Positions 10,977-21,226 of a stretch of DNA of 64,000 nucleotides are shown here, in pieces. Position numbers and translations under genes: made by a program. The stretch spans positions 124,001-188,000 of IMG/VR virus record IMGVR_UViG_3300044957_000763. One strand, 5' to 3'. The stretch's first letter is position 1. Each line of letters opens with the position of its first letter. The notes beneath the pieces were generated by a model. That model was given only the letters and a program-made list of their open reading frames with translations. It had not been told where the DNA came from and made no database searches.

Positions 10977-11445
10977 ATGCATATTGTACATTGCACATAG
11001 TCAGTTCTCTTATTGCTTGCTCTATTACGGAAGTGATTCTGATTTGCCGTTCATATTTACCAAGTACTTTGGTGAATTCGTCAACGTGGTCGTACATGTC
11101 GACATTGATTCTGTCATGTAAAAATCGTTTTTGGGCAAATGGTGTATCTGAAATTCGAATTTCATACTTGTATCTGCGGTGTCCGAAGAATTTTTCCAGG
11201 GCCATCGTTACCACTGTATTGCGGTTTAGCTTATGTTTTTTGCAAAATTTTTGAACAGCGCATAGTACGTCTTCATCAAGATAATAACTAACTTGACGAA
11301 ATTGTTGACCTGGTACTCTGCCTGAGATTTTCTTTGCGGGCTGGTGGTGTCCAGTATTGCCGCTTCGATATGCACGCATATATTCTCTGCGCCATTCTCT
11401 AATTTCTTGGATGTCTGCGTTAGCCGGTGGACGTTTTGGAATCAT
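10921..11445 (-). CDS. Putative DNA-binding protein (ribbon-helix-helix-like)
   Basis: VSYYLDEDVLCAVQKFCKKHKLNRNTVVTMALEKF resembles an RHH motif; basic N-terminus. Confidence 0.4.
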   Translation of the reverse strand: MIPKRPPANADIQEIREWRREYMRAYRSGNTGHHQPAKKISGRVPGQQFRQVSYYLDEDVLCAVQKFCKKHKLNRNTVVTMALEKFFGHRRYKYEIRISDTPFAQKRFLHDRINVDMYDHVDEFTKVLGKYERQIRITSVIEQAIRELTMCNVQYAYGIKLESRSERKPKSTNG

Positions 11446-11800
11446 AGTTCATTTGCATTATACTGGTACTCAATGCTTCGGCCAGAATCAATGCCTGTAA
11501 TTGGTGTGTTGTTGGTACTGCGGTGAGTGTGTAAACTTCATCTGCCGCCCTCATTAGATTTTCTGGAACTCCATTGGAATCACCGACCACAAATGACACA
11601 AAATCTCGAGATAATATGGTTTTAAGCACATCAACGGTTAAAATGTTGTTTGATTTGTCCGAAAGAACCACAGTGTATGCGCCCTTGGTGTTTGGCGTGT
11701 TGCTTAGACGACATTCTCTGATTCGATTAACTCGTTTCAGTTCTTCTCCTACATGTCTAGAGTGAGTACCGCCGGTGCCAAGGTGAATCAGCTTTATCAT
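11420..11800 (-). CDS. RlmH-like SPOUT RNA methyltransferase
   Basis: FVVGDSNGV...AADEVYTLTAVPTTHQLQALILAEAL parallels the RlmH C-terminal knot (IGGxxG...SLSxLTxPHxLxRxxLxExL); lacks the terminal HPYH. Confidence 0.55.
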   Translation of the reverse strand: MIKLIHLGTGGTHSRHVGEELKRVNRIRECRLSNTPNTKGAYTVVLSDKSNNILTVDVLKTILSRDFVSFVVGDSNGVPENLMRAADEVYTLTAVPTTHQLQALILAEALSTSIMQMNYDSKTSTG

Positions 11801-11888
11801 GTTGATTATTTTACCACGTCGTCACGACTTTTACACAAATTGCTATAATAGTTTGTTCATCTCATTACGGAGTGCGACAATTACAACC

Positions 11889-12185
11889 ATGGGAAGCGAA
11901 ATCACATTCAAACCACTTAATGACAAAATCGTCATCCTTCCAGACGACGATAACAAGACCACTTCAACAGGTCTTTATGTTCCAGACATGACACAAGGTC
12001 ACCAAAACAAAGGCAAGGTTGTCGCTGTCGGCCCCGGCAAGATGCTACAGGACGGTAGTCGCGGCAGCATGCAGTTAAACACTGGCGATACTGTGTGGTA
12101 CAACGCCGTTGCAGGTTTCAAAATCACTAAAGACGGTGTAGATTACTATGCTGTATCAGAAGACCATGTCTTCGTAATCGAATAA
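11889..12185 (+). CDS. groES: Co-chaperonin GroES
   Basis: [15 protein letters not shown] mobile loop, GKVVAVGPG. Confidence 0.95.
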   Translation: MGSEITFKPLNDKIVILPDDDNKTTSTGLYVPDMTQGHQNKGKVVAVGPGKMLQDGSRGSMQLNTGDTVWYNAVAGFKITKDGVDYYAVSEDHVFVIE

Positions 12186-12199
12186 CAAAAGGAATAAAA

Positions 12200-13819
12200 A
12201 TGTCATCCAAAAAACTCATTTATGATACAGACGCCAGAGCCGCGCTCGAACAAGGCGTCAACCAAGTTGCCAACGCAGTCAAGGTTACACTCGGGCCTCG
12301 AGGCAGGAATGTAGTCCTTGAACAAAAATACAAGGGCTCACCAGTTATTACGAAAGACGGCGTAACTGTTGCTCGTGAAATCGAACTAGAAAATCCATAC
12401 GAGAACATGGGCGCTCAGTTATGCAAAGAAGTTGCAAGCAAGACCAACGATGTTGCAGGTGACGGAACTACGACAGCAACAGTTCTGGCACAAGCTCTTG
12501 TTAACGAGGGTATTCGATATGTCGCAGCCGGCGGTGGAAACCCCATTGCTGTGAAGCGCGGTATGGACAAGGCAGTCGAAGCTGTTGTTGAATACGTTGT
12601 TGGTCAGGCTTCACCAATTAAGGACAAACAGCAAATTGAGTTTGTTGCCACAATTTCTGGCAACAATGCAGAAGTTGGTCAAATCGTTGCTGATGCCTTT
12701 GAGAAGGTAGGAAAAGACGGCGTTATCACCGTTGAAGAATCCGGCCGCGAGGATTCATTGGAATATGCAGACGGTATGCAATTTGACCGTGGGTATTTAA
12801 GTCCGTATTTCATCAATGAAGCTGACAGGCAGGTCGTACAATATGATGATGCATATGTGCTGGTTCACGATGGAAAAATTAGTATGGGCCAACCTGTGCT
12901 GAAGTTCCTTGATACGTTTATCACTGGAATGGGTGGTACACCAAAGCCGTTGTTGATTATTGCCGATGATGTTGACCAGCAAGGGTTGGCTACGCTTATC
13001 GTCAACAGAATGCGAGTTGGACTGCCAGTTGTTGCGGTTAAGGCACCTGGTTTTGGTGACCGTCGCAAGGAAATGCTGCGTGATATTGCGATTCTCACCG
13101 GTGCCGAATGCTTAAGTGAAGAACTTGGCACTCAGTTGGAAAACGCAGAAATTGGCGTCCTTGGTCGAGTCAAGAGAGTTATTGTCGACAAGGATACAAC
13201 CACTCTTGTTGATGGTGCTGGCAAAAAGGAAGACATCCAAGCCCGCATCCAGGCTCTGAGAACATCTGTAAATAACACTGAAAGCAAGTATGACAAGGAG
13301 AAGTTGCAGGAGCGACTTGCTAAACTTAGCGGCGGTGTTGCAGTTATCAGAGTAGGTGCTTCAACCGAAACAGCAATGAAGGAGAAGAAGCATCGTTATG
13401 AAGATGCCATTAATGCCACTCGCGCCGCGATTGAAGAGGGTATTGTTCCAGGTGGTGGTGTCACACTGTTGCGTGCTTCTGTGGCCCTTGATAAGCTCAA
13501 AGGCGCTAATGATGATGAGCAGGTTGGAATTGGTATCGTACAACGTGCACTTGAGGCCCCGGTTCGTCAAATTGCCACTAATGCCGGTTACAAAGGTGAC
13601 CTTGTGGTTGAAAAAGTTCGCGGTCTAGAAGGCCACTTCGGTCTCGATGCGTCAACTGGTGAATATGTCGACTTGATTAAAGCAGGAATCATTGACCCAG
13701 TCAAGGTTACCCGCTCTACTATCGAGAACGCGGCGTCAATCGCTGGTTTGGTTCTTACCACCGAGGCAATTGTAGTTGAAAATCCAACTGCAAAAGAAAA
13801 TGACAGTATGGAGATGTAG
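12200..13819 (+). CDS. groEL: Chaperonin GroEL
   Basis: [49 protein letters not shown]. Confidence 0.99.
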   Translation: MSSKKLIYDTDARAALEQGVNQVANAVKVTLGPRGRNVVLEQKYKGSPVITKDGVTVAREIELENPYENMGAQLCKEVASKTNDVAGDGTTTATVLAQALVNEGIRYVAAGGGNPIAVKRGMDKAVEAVVEYVVGQASPIKDKQQIEFVATISGNNAEVGQIVADAFEKVGKDGVITVEESGREDSLEYADGMQFDRGYLSPYFINEADRQVVQYDDAYVLVHDGKISMGQPVLKFLDTFITGMGGTPKPLLIIADDVDQQGLATLIVNRMRVGLPVVAVKAPGFGDRRKEMLRDIAILTGAECLSEELGTQLENAEIGVLGRVKRVIVDKDTTTLVDGAGKKEDIQARIQALRTSVNNTESKYDKEKLQERLAKLSGGVAVIRVGASTETAMKEKKHRYEDAINATRAAIEEGIVPGGGVTLLRASVALDKLKGANDDEQVGIGIVQRALEAPVRQIATNAGYKGDLVVEKVRGLEGHFGLDASTGEYVDLIKAGIIDPVKVTRSTIENAASIAGLVLTTEAIVVENPTAKENDSMEM

Positions 13820-13835
13820 GAGCATCTCTAATTTA

Positions 13836-13866
13836 AGGCGCGGCTCATTTTTTGAGTCGCGCTTTT
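13836..13866 (+). terminator. Intrinsic terminator after groEL
   Basis: GCGCGGCTCA/TGAGTCGCGC stem followed by TTTT. Confidence 0.75.
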
Positions 13867-13962
13867 CATTTTATCGTGTCAAAAGCGCGATAATATAAAT
13901 GGGTCGGCGGTTATCCTCTTGTTAAGGCATGGGGGGCTCTGCCGGCCGACCCGTTGGTTCTT

Positions 13963-14934
13963 ATGAAAAAAGTTTCAATTGTAAGTCATCGAGCAGACCT
14001 AGATGGCGTGGCAAGTGCGGTGCTGGCGTCCGAATTTGTCATGTCCAGGCACGGAGTGCCTCCAGATAAGGTAATTTTTGCAGATTACGAAGACGCAAAA
14101 ACCGCTATCGCCAGAGCCGCCATCGACGCTGATGAGTTGTGGATATTGGACTTGTCTATCCGTGAGTCAAATATCTCTGAGTTCTTTAAGCATATTCCAA
14201 AGGAATCGGTCTTCTATTTTGACCACCATAATTCTTCTGTATCAACGATTGAAGCGTGGTCTGATAAAGTAAGTATCTATTTTGATGACTCTGGCAATTG
14301 TTGTACTGCTGACTTGCTATACGCGGCAACACCAGATGTTGCGCCGGCATTTGTAAAAACACCAGTTTATGACCAAATTGTTGCCGCAACACACTCTAGA
14401 GAACTTTGGATTAATGATGTTGCAGAGGGTGCTCTGTTGACAGATGCCATAGCTATACTTGGTGCAGAAACTGTATATCAAGAACTGCTCGAGCAACCAT
14501 CTTCTGCATTTGAGTCCAAGTTCCCCGAGTTGTTCCAAGAGGCAGTGGTTATCGCTGATAACCAACGTAAAAACGCAATGTCTATGGCAAACAATACAAA
14601 AATGGTCATTCCTGTGAAGGACGGTTGTAGTCTTGTGTATTCTATCACTACTGGTTATCAGTCAGAGGTGGGTCATATGATATTGCAACAACATCCAGGT
14701 TCATATGCAATTATGTTCAATCTTGGCAATCTTACTGCATCAGTTAGGTGCGACAAAGCAACTGCAGACGCCAATGGGATTGGTGCTAATAGTATTGCAT
14801 CATTGTTCGTCGGCGGCGGTGGCCACCCAGTCGCCGCTGGTTTTCCGCTGACCGCTGATATGTCACGAGTTATCTTGCAAAGTGGCTGTATGTCTACACA
14901 CAACGCAATTGCCAGATTGTTTGGTAAGAGGTAA
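13963..14934 (+). CDS. DHH-family phosphoesterase (NrnB/oligoribonuclease-like)
   Basis: SHRADLDG, ILD, FDHH, and C-terminal DHHA1 motif GGGHPVAAG. Confidence 0.85.
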   Translation: MKKVSIVSHRADLDGVASAVLASEFVMSRHGVPPDKVIFADYEDAKTAIARAAIDADELWILDLSIRESNISEFFKHIPKESVFYFDHHNSSVSTIEAWSDKVSIYFDDSGNCCTADLLYAATPDVAPAFVKTPVYDQIVAATHSRELWINDVAEGALLTDAIAILGAETVYQELLEQPSSAFESKFPELFQEAVVIADNQRKNAMSMANNTKMVIPVKDGCSLVYSITTGYQSEVGHMILQQHPGSYAIMFNLGNLTASVRCDKATADANGIGANSIASLFVGGGGHPVAAGFPLTADMSRVILQSGCMSTHNAIARLFGKR

Positions 14935-14936
14935 TT

Positions 14937-16172
14937 GTCAACTACCACACGCACAAGGCGTGTGGCTTGCTACGAGGGGCTCCGAAGGAGACCTGAGCAA
15001 TAGGGAGATTGACTGCTCCCCTAATTTAGCTATATTTTTGCTGGCGTTAAAGTCAGCGTTCTCTGTATGTCCGCAGGACATACAGAGAAATTTAGCTTGA
15101 CTCTTTCTATTTGCCTTGGCGCAATGTCCGCATTCGCTACACGTCACAGACGTGTAGCGAGCGGGAACAATAGCCAAAGGAACTCCATAGAGCTCAGCTT
15201 TATACGTGATATAGCCTCTGAGTTGGGCGAATGCCCAACTCATTCTCTCGTTTCGATTTTCCTTCCTGACCGTTACTCGCTTGTTGATATGCGTTAGCTC
15301 CTCCAGAGCTAACGCCATTTGAGTGCCTTTGGCTTTCGAAACGATTAGTTTAGAAATGACGTGATTGACGTCTTTTCTAAATCTGGACTCTTTCTGTCCA
15401 GTTGTTTTAATTCTTCTCTTTGCAGAGCGTGTTCCACGCTTCTGCAATCTTTGTTTATGAGAATGATATTGCTTTCGTTTCTTTTCGATGTGTTCTCCAG
15501 AGAACACATCTCCATCTGAAGTAACAGCAATGTTCTTCACTCCCAAGTCCACGCCTATGACGCCTTTGGCGTCATAGGCTGATTCTGTTGGAATATCAAG
15601 AGTGCAGAGCAAGTAGAATTTGTTGTTTTGATATACTAAATCCACTTGTCCTTTTCTGTATTTGAACTTGTCTTTATCGTAGACTTGAATTGGGATTTCC
15701 ATTCTACCATCATTAGTCCAAATATTGACAGTTCCTGAATCCCTAAACGTGATTACTCTGTCATCGTAGACGACAGCAGAAGTTCTTTTGAAGAAATTTC
15801 TCTGATGTCTGTTTCTCTTGACTTTATAGGAGTCGCTTACGACTCCTATAGCTCTTACAACGAGTTGTGAAGAGAAATCTGGCAACGCTTCGCGCTGCTT
15901 TTTGTAAACTATATGATGCAATTGTACTTTTTGATATTCCTTGGCTTCAAATGCTTGACTGGAGATATCATTACAAACATCACTGAAAGTGTGCATCGTG
16001 CGCAATAGCGCACGATGTTGAATCTCGTTGGTATTGAGCCTCGCTTTCAATGTGATATTCATAATAAGGATATTATACAAATAGTGTTTGATGTCCTTAT
16101 TGTTCTTGGAAAATATGCTATAATAGTTGTAGAAGTTCAATTCCTCCCACCCACAAGGGGTGGGGTTTCTTC
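14937..16172 (-). mobile_element. IS200/IS605-family element carrying tnpB only (IS1341-like)
   Basis: Terminal hairpins GTCAACTACCACACGCACAAGGCGTGTGG (14937) and TTCCTCCCACCCACAAGGGGTGGGGTTTC (16141); no tnpA; sits between two intact genes. Confidence 0.75.
14938..16062 (-). CDS. tnpB: RNA-guided endonuclease TnpB
   Basis: RuvC I GVDLG, RuvC II LEEL, zinc finger CSECG...CMSCG, RuvC III NADFNAS; likely start MNITLKARL. Confidence 0.92.
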   Translation of the reverse strand: MNITLKARLNTNEIQHRALLRTMHTFSDVCNDISSQAFEAKEYQKVQLHHIVYKKQREALPDFSSQLVVRAIGVVSDSYKVKRNRHQRNFFKRTSAVVYDDRVITFRDSGTVNIWTNDGRMEIPIQVYDKDKFKYRKGQVDLVYQNNKFYLLCTLDIPTESAYDAKGVIGVDLGVKNIAVTSDGDVFSGEHIEKKRKQYHSHKQRLQKRGTRSAKRRIKTTGQKESRFRKDVNHVISKLIVSKAKGTQMALALEELTHINKRVTVRKENRNERMSWAFAQLRGYITYKAELYGVPLAIVPARYTSVTCSECGHCAKANRKSQAKFLCMSCGHTENADFNASKNIAKLGEQSISLLLRSPSEPLVASHTPCACGS

Positions 16173-16183
16173 TCACAAATACT

Positions 16184-17611
16184 ATGAAAGTCACACATGC
16201 GTCTATACGTCCAACCCTCGCCGCAACGGCATCAGGTCGACCGGCTTTAACCCCAGAACTGTTGGCCTCAGTCGCGGCTAGATATTCACGAAGTGACGAT
16301 GGTCTTGAAGCTATTTTGGGCAAGGTTGACCAGGATAACCCAGACAAGTCGATTGATGCCATTTTTGCGCATGTGGATTACGGACATGCATCTATTGCAG
16401 ATATGGTGCCTGTGGCAATGTTTATGGATGGTGTGTCTGTTTTTCTGGCGTACTATTTATGGACAGAAACTGCTATTGGTGCAGGTCAAGAATCTTCAAC
16501 CAGATACATCAAGATGTCAGTAGATGGCGTCATGCCCTTTGACATGACCGGTTTACCCGAGTCTCAGAACTCTGAGTGGACTTCATTTATCCATACTGCA
16601 TTCGCGTTATACGAAGATGCTTATAATTACTGGCTTGCACTTGCTGAGGAATCACCTGAAATCACACGCATCCCAGAATCATTGTTGAACGACACTAGTG
16701 ATAAAGCACAAAAGCAAGTGGCGAGAATGCAGCGCAATTTTGCCTTTGACCGTGCTCGATATTTTCTGCCGGTCGCCGCACTTACCAATGTAATGATTGT
16801 GCAGTCGGCAAGAGAATGGGCCAGAGTGGCTAATATTTTGAACTCTCATCCGTGTCCAGAGTTCAACATGCTTGGTAAATTGATTGTGGATGAAATGCAA
16901 CTCGTGTGCCCTAGAATGTGTCGACATACAGGTGCAACTGAAGCAACACGTAGAATGCTTTCTAACGAACTAGAGGTCACACGTGCGTTTCGATGCGGAC
17001 TGTCACATAACCACTCGTTGCCAGAGTTTGGGAAAATGCCTGCTGAGAGAGGTTCATCATGCTCTATGCAACCAGAGGCTAATGTAGAGCTTTTTAATGT
17101 AGACAACCCGCTCAACAGCCTAGCATTGTCATCTTCATCACGTGCCAATAGGTACTCTGCATTTGGAAGTTCAGTACGCCGAACTACAGTGCGATTTAGT
17201 TGGGACGCAGTGGCTATGGCCGAGATTCGAGACTTGAACAGGCACAGAACCGGATTCAAATGGTGTCCGCTAAGTCCGCAAGGCTTCTATTGCGCCATGG
17301 ATGAATTACCACCCGATGATGTCGTAAATTTTCAAGCCTTTGAGAGATTTGGATGGAAATTCAGCGTTCGAGCAGCGAATGAACTGTGGAACAGAAGTGT
17401 TGGATATGAGTATTGGACATTGCTGGGTACGCAGTACTACTTTGAACACACCACACAACTTGATAAGTTCATCTACGAAGGAGAATTGCGCACTGGCATT
17501 GGTTCTCATTATCGCTACGCCAGGCACTTGCACGATGCGTTGAATGAACTATATCGAATCGAGCCAGAATTGCGACATCTCATTATGGAAGGAACTGCAG
17601 AGCCTGAGTGA
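16184..17611 (+). CDS. thyX: Flavin-dependent thymidylate synthase, double-domain type
   Basis: YGHASIAD, QESSTRY, DRARYFLP, RDLNRHR. Confidence 0.8.
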   Translation: MKVTHASIRPTLAATASGRPALTPELLASVAARYSRSDDGLEAILGKVDQDNPDKSIDAIFAHVDYGHASIADMVPVAMFMDGVSVFLAYYLWTETAIGAGQESSTRYIKMSVDGVMPFDMTGLPESQNSEWTSFIHTAFALYEDAYNYWLALAEESPEITRIPESLLNDTSDKAQKQVARMQRNFAFDRARYFLPVAALTNVMIVQSAREWARVANILNSHPCPEFNMLGKLIVDEMQLVCPRMCRHTGATEATRRMLSNELEVTRAFRCGLSHNHSLPEFGKMPAERGSSCSMQPEANVELFNVDNPLNSLALSSSSRANRYSAFGSSVRRTTVRFSWDAVAMAEIRDLNRHRTGFKWCPLSPQGFYCAMDELPPDDVVNFQAFERFGWKFSVRAANELWNRSVGYEYWTLLGTQYYFEHTTQLDKFIYEGELRTGIGSHYRYARHLHDALNELYRIEPELRHLIMEGTAEPE

Positions 17612-17686
17612 CGCAGACCAATATCAACAAAAAAGACCGCAACGATGCGGTCTTTTTTGTTTGTGTTACACTACTCTGGCTTATGC

Positions 17687-18292
17687 CTATTTGAGTGCTT
17701 TATACCACCTGTCGGCGGTTGGTCGTCTTGGTGCTCGGTGTTGCACAGCACAACGCTCGACCTTTGCTGCAAATCTATATGACATTTCTCCAGCAGTTGC
17801 GTTTGGATTTTTCTTTGTCCAAGCAACCCATTCCTTGAATGATTTGGAATCTGCCATGATGGTCATGTTGTAGACCAATTGCTTTAGTTTGGCCACAGAA
17901 TGACCTTTGCCCATGCCTCCTGCACGGTTCAATTGGAAGAAACCAATACAACTACCAGAAGCATCTGTGTAGTCCCATTTGCACTCATGCCATGCATTTA
18001 CAAGAATGGCAATGATAGCCTTGTCTGAATTGACTCCGCGACCTCGAAAGAATCGCTCTGCGGTTTCTCCAGTTTTGAGTCTTTTGATAAAAAGCGATTT
18101 TTCACCTGTCTTTTTGCCAAAAGCCTTCGAAGCGTCAATACGAGAAACAGTCAATGACTGCTCCTTAGTGGTCGCCTTGGCCACCACTGCCTTTGTGTTC
18201 ACACTAGGTTGTGCCTGATGTGAATTTTTTGGCTCTGCGCCTCCGAGTGAAATCACCAGAATTGCAGTCGCCAAACTGATTAGTTTATTCAT
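17687..18292 (-). CDS. Secreted lysozyme-like (phage tail lysozyme family) protein
   Basis: N-terminal signal peptide; AILVNAWHEC...GFFQLN...G catalytic Glu/FQ pattern. Confidence 0.55.
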   Translation of the reverse strand: MNKLISLATAILVISLGGAEPKNSHQAQPSVNTKAVVAKATTKEQSLTVSRIDASKAFGKKTGEKSLFIKRLKTGETAERFFRGRGVNSDKAIIAILVNAWHECKWDYTDASGSCIGFFQLNRAGGMGKGHSVAKLKQLVYNMTIMADSKSFKEWVAWTKKNPNATAGEMSYRFAAKVERCAVQHRAPRRPTADRWYKALK

Positions 18293-18609
18293 TTTTGCCT
18301 CCTAACAGCGTTCGGATGTATTTCGGGGACAATCTGCTCCAAGCACGCTTAATAGCGCGAAGTCCCTTCTACCCATCCAACAGTCCTGCGCGGGTCGCTA
18401 CTCAATCCAGCGTTGCCGCGCGGCCAGATTACGGGGGAGCTATCTGGCTTTTGTTGACGATATGATACCCTAAAAAACGAGGATTTTGTTGTTGACCATG
18501 TCTTTTAGTGCAAAATGGGCGCCCGTTGTGGCGGTACGCCCACTTTGCATATGGTAAGAACCACCCGATTGAGTCGTTCTATTAGTATCTTTAGGTTATT
18601 ATACCGTAA

Positions 18610-19344
18610 TTATCTTCTTTGGAGAGCACTGTAGAGTCTAACAGTCCCATTTTCGTAGGTTATTTCGCGCTCAAAATCGTCAGGTCCACCGTTCAAACAT
18701 ACTACTTTTCCGGTGATTTTGATTTTTTCTCGAGCTGTATTAACTTCTTCTGGTTTAGTGACAAAATATGCCGACGGCGCATCAGTTTCATAGCTTGCGA
18801 TATGTCTTTCTAAGGCTAACCTGATATTTTTGTACTCGGTCGCCACCGCCGGAACAAAACATACCTCGAACATTGGAACCAGGTCAACCAACAATGATAC
18901 TAAATCATCTGTGGTTAGGTTTGGATTGTCTGGAGAAGGTGGTGTGACGAATGTAGAACCAGGAAAGCCATTTTCAACAGCGTGCAACTTACTGATTGCC
19001 CAGTGTTGCTCAAATATAGCATACCCATCTTTATTTGCATCTGTAACAAGCTGTGCCGCGTCTTCTGTAGTGATATTCAATTGAGTGGTTCCATCTATAA
19101 ATGCAACCAGATAGCTAGGAGCAAACAACATCGCACATCTCACCGCCGCCGCCTTGCTACCATCAACCCCGGACTTTATAAATAGCACCGCGTCACGCGG
19201 ATGCATCCAAATACTGTTGTTGGATTCTTGCTCATCAACGATGATAAACAGTCTTGGTGCGTGCGGTTGAATGACCTCGGCAATCTCGGCCGCGTCTTCA
19301 ACACTCAGGCAATAAATGGCGTATGTGGCCGTTGGTAGCATCAA
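18610..19344 (-). CDS. Hypothetical protein
   Basis: 244-aa ORF overlapping the upstream gene by 4 nt. Confidence 0.6.
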   Translation of the reverse strand: MMLPTATYAIYCLSVEDAAEIAEVIQPHAPRLFIIVDEQESNNSIWMHPRDAVLFIKSGVDGSKAAAVRCAMLFAPSYLVAFIDGTTQLNITTEDAAQLVTDANKDGYAIFEQHWAISKLHAVENGFPGSTFVTPPSPDNPNLTTDDLVSLLVDLVPMFEVCFVPAVATEYKNIRLALERHIASYETDAPSAYFVTKPEEVNTAREKIKITGKVVCLNGGPDDFEREITYENGTVRLYSALQRR

Positions 19345-20051
19345 TGACCCTCTGTTAAAAACGATAGTACCGGCAAGACGCTGTCGGTAAATTTATCGTT
19401 GAGAAAATTTAGCACCTGTTGCTTGCTTTTTGATTTTAGTGATGAAGTGTCTATAGTTAATAGATTTATGTTCATTTTTTGAGCCAGCATACTTTTCTTG
19501 TAGTCATTACTTTGTGTTTTCTTTAGTCTGTCTTCTCCATAAATTGGATAAAAATGACACACCCCATTGAGTTCAATTGCAAGACAAACAGATGGAATCC
19601 AGATGTCTATTTCTAGATTATCTGGAAAAACATCTCTCACATTGTTGAATATACATATGTTGTTGTCATAGTTGTCTTTAATGATTTGTGACATGATGAC
19701 TTCGTGCGAACTTGTGGGCCGACTGCTTCGTGGAGACTTGTTGAGTGCTATCATTGCGCAATGTTTGTTGCAATATAGTTTGGCCGCATTTCGTAATTGG
19801 TTTTTGCGATAATCTTTCATGACTCTGGTGAATTCCTGGCCACATTCGTCGCATTTCAGTGTTACAAATCGCTGCAATCCAGAATTAGAAAGTCTGTTTG
19901 AACATCCTACACTGCATGAAAACTTTTTGCCTTTTCTGATTGATTTCATAACTTCTGATTTCTTTCTTTGGAACTCAATTCCGCAAGCGTGACACAACAA
20001 GGTAATGATTGCCCCTCTTGGAGAATTTTGAATTTGCTGTATTGTTGTCAT
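19341..20051 (-). CDS. Zinc-finger + PD-(D/E)xK/Vsr-like endonuclease (free-standing homing endonuclease-like)
   Basis: Repeated CxxC..F.R / CS..C units; LEIDIWIP...AIELNGVCHF nuclease motif. Confidence 0.7.
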   Translation of the reverse strand: MTTIQQIQNSPRGAIITLLCHACGIEFQRKKSEVMKSIRKGKKFSCSVGCSNRLSNSGLQRFVTLKCDECGQEFTRVMKDYRKNQLRNAAKLYCNKHCAMIALNKSPRSSRPTSSHEVIMSQIIKDNYDNNICIFNNVRDVFPDNLEIDIWIPSVCLAIELNGVCHFYPIYGEDRLKKTQSNDYKKSMLAQKMNINLLTIDTSSLKSKSKQQVLNFLNDKFTDSVLPVLSFLTEGH

Positions 20052-20130
20052 AATATAGATTTATTGGGGTTTGTTGTAGTACCTGCGTTCCCCAATAAAT
20101 CTGTTTGAAAATGGTGTATAATAGAATTAT

Positions 20131-20485
20131 GGGCGTGTAAGGGAGTCGATTGGCACTCTAACTTATCGTTGCAAGGCGTGGATGTATCCTTGGCCACGTA
20201 AAAATGGATGCAAAAAGTAAATGCGAATAACAACTTCGCACTCGCGGTCTAAGACATCGTGACATGAAGCGGATGTGAGTCAGTAACGTCCGTGGATTGC
20301 AGCCAAATCTGAATAGGCTCAAAGCACTTCTGTTCGTAGTGCCAGAGATGAAAAACAATCGAACTGGTGATGGAACGGGTTGGCCTTTTCCAAAGTCTGT
20401 CACGAGAAAAGAATAGAGGAGAACCTTGTGGTAGTGATAGGGTAAGGTGAACAACAACGCGGTTCAATTCCGCGCACGTCCACCA
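20131..20485 (+). ncRNA. ssrA: tmRNA; resume peptide (A)ANNNFALAV*
   Basis: Acceptor GGGCGTG/CACGTCC-ACCA with G3:U70; T-arm GCGG-TTCAATT-CCGC; tag ORF 20223-20252. Confidence 0.93.
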
Positions 20486-20491
20486 ATTTTC

Positions 20492-20517
20492 AAAAGCCGG
20501 CTATAAGCCGGCTTTTT
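20492..20517. terminator. Bidirectional terminator after tmRNA
   Basis: AAAAGCCGGC-TATAA-GCCGGCTTTTT. Confidence 0.8.
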
Positions 20518-20536
20518 GTGCTATAATGGCGATGTA

Positions 20537-20808
20537 ATGAAGATTGAACTTCGAGATATTATCACACGTTCTGAGTTGGTTACGTGGAAAGAAATGGCCA
20601 CCTTGGGAGATGATGAGTCCGCATACGAAAGCATGCTTGCAAGATGGCAAAAGACCTTGATATCAAGCTATCCAAGCAAGATAAAGAACACGCAAAGCTA
20701 CATGAAGCGTATGCCAAGAACATAACACTTGTCACAAAATGGGTTATTGGCATATTATTGGCAGCAGTCATCTTGTCTGGCGGTGCTTGGTCATTAGCGC
20801 ATGGGTGA
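20537..20808 (+). pseudogene. Small membrane protein gene apparently frame-disrupted near 20641
   Basis: MKIELRD...ESMLA continues plausibly as MAKDLDIKL...WVIGILLAAVILSGGAW (TM helix) in another frame; one extra A would join them. Confidence 0.4.
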
Positions 20809-21215
20809 ATGCGTATCAATCTGGAAAAGATGCCGAATACAAGAAAAATATTGCATCTGGAGTGTTTCCATTTGGTGTTCGCACTGGTAATAGCCAAATT
20901 AAAAATGCCCCAGATGGGGTCACTTTAGAAGCACTGGAATCTGAAGATACTAGTCATAATTTTAGCCCCAGTGCCGTTCTTAGATATACATTGAGCCTGC
21001 CGAAATTGGGAGAAAGTCAAGTGTACGCAGTGTCGCACGAATTGATTGATGAAGGCAAGGTTATTAATATAGGATTGTTTTACACTAATCCGGGAGAGCA
21101 CGGTTTGTCTCGATTTGAAAAGAAAGTTAACACATCTGTTCGAGACCAGGAGTTTGACTGGTTGAAAATCACTGTCTGCGTTGTAGATGCAGGTTCTGTA
21201 ACTAAGAGCAACTAA
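20804..21215 (+). CDS. Hypothetical protein
   Basis: ORF 20739-21215; GTG start near 20804 is likely. Confidence 0.5.
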
Positions 21216-21226
21216 CATTACTATGA

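Noticed and set aside
18420-18450. c-di-AMP (ydaO) riboswitch before the lysozyme-like gene
   Set aside because: Only a loose match to the 3' AGCUAACCCCGUA motif; the upstream GCUGAAUC and GGGGGA elements are absent.
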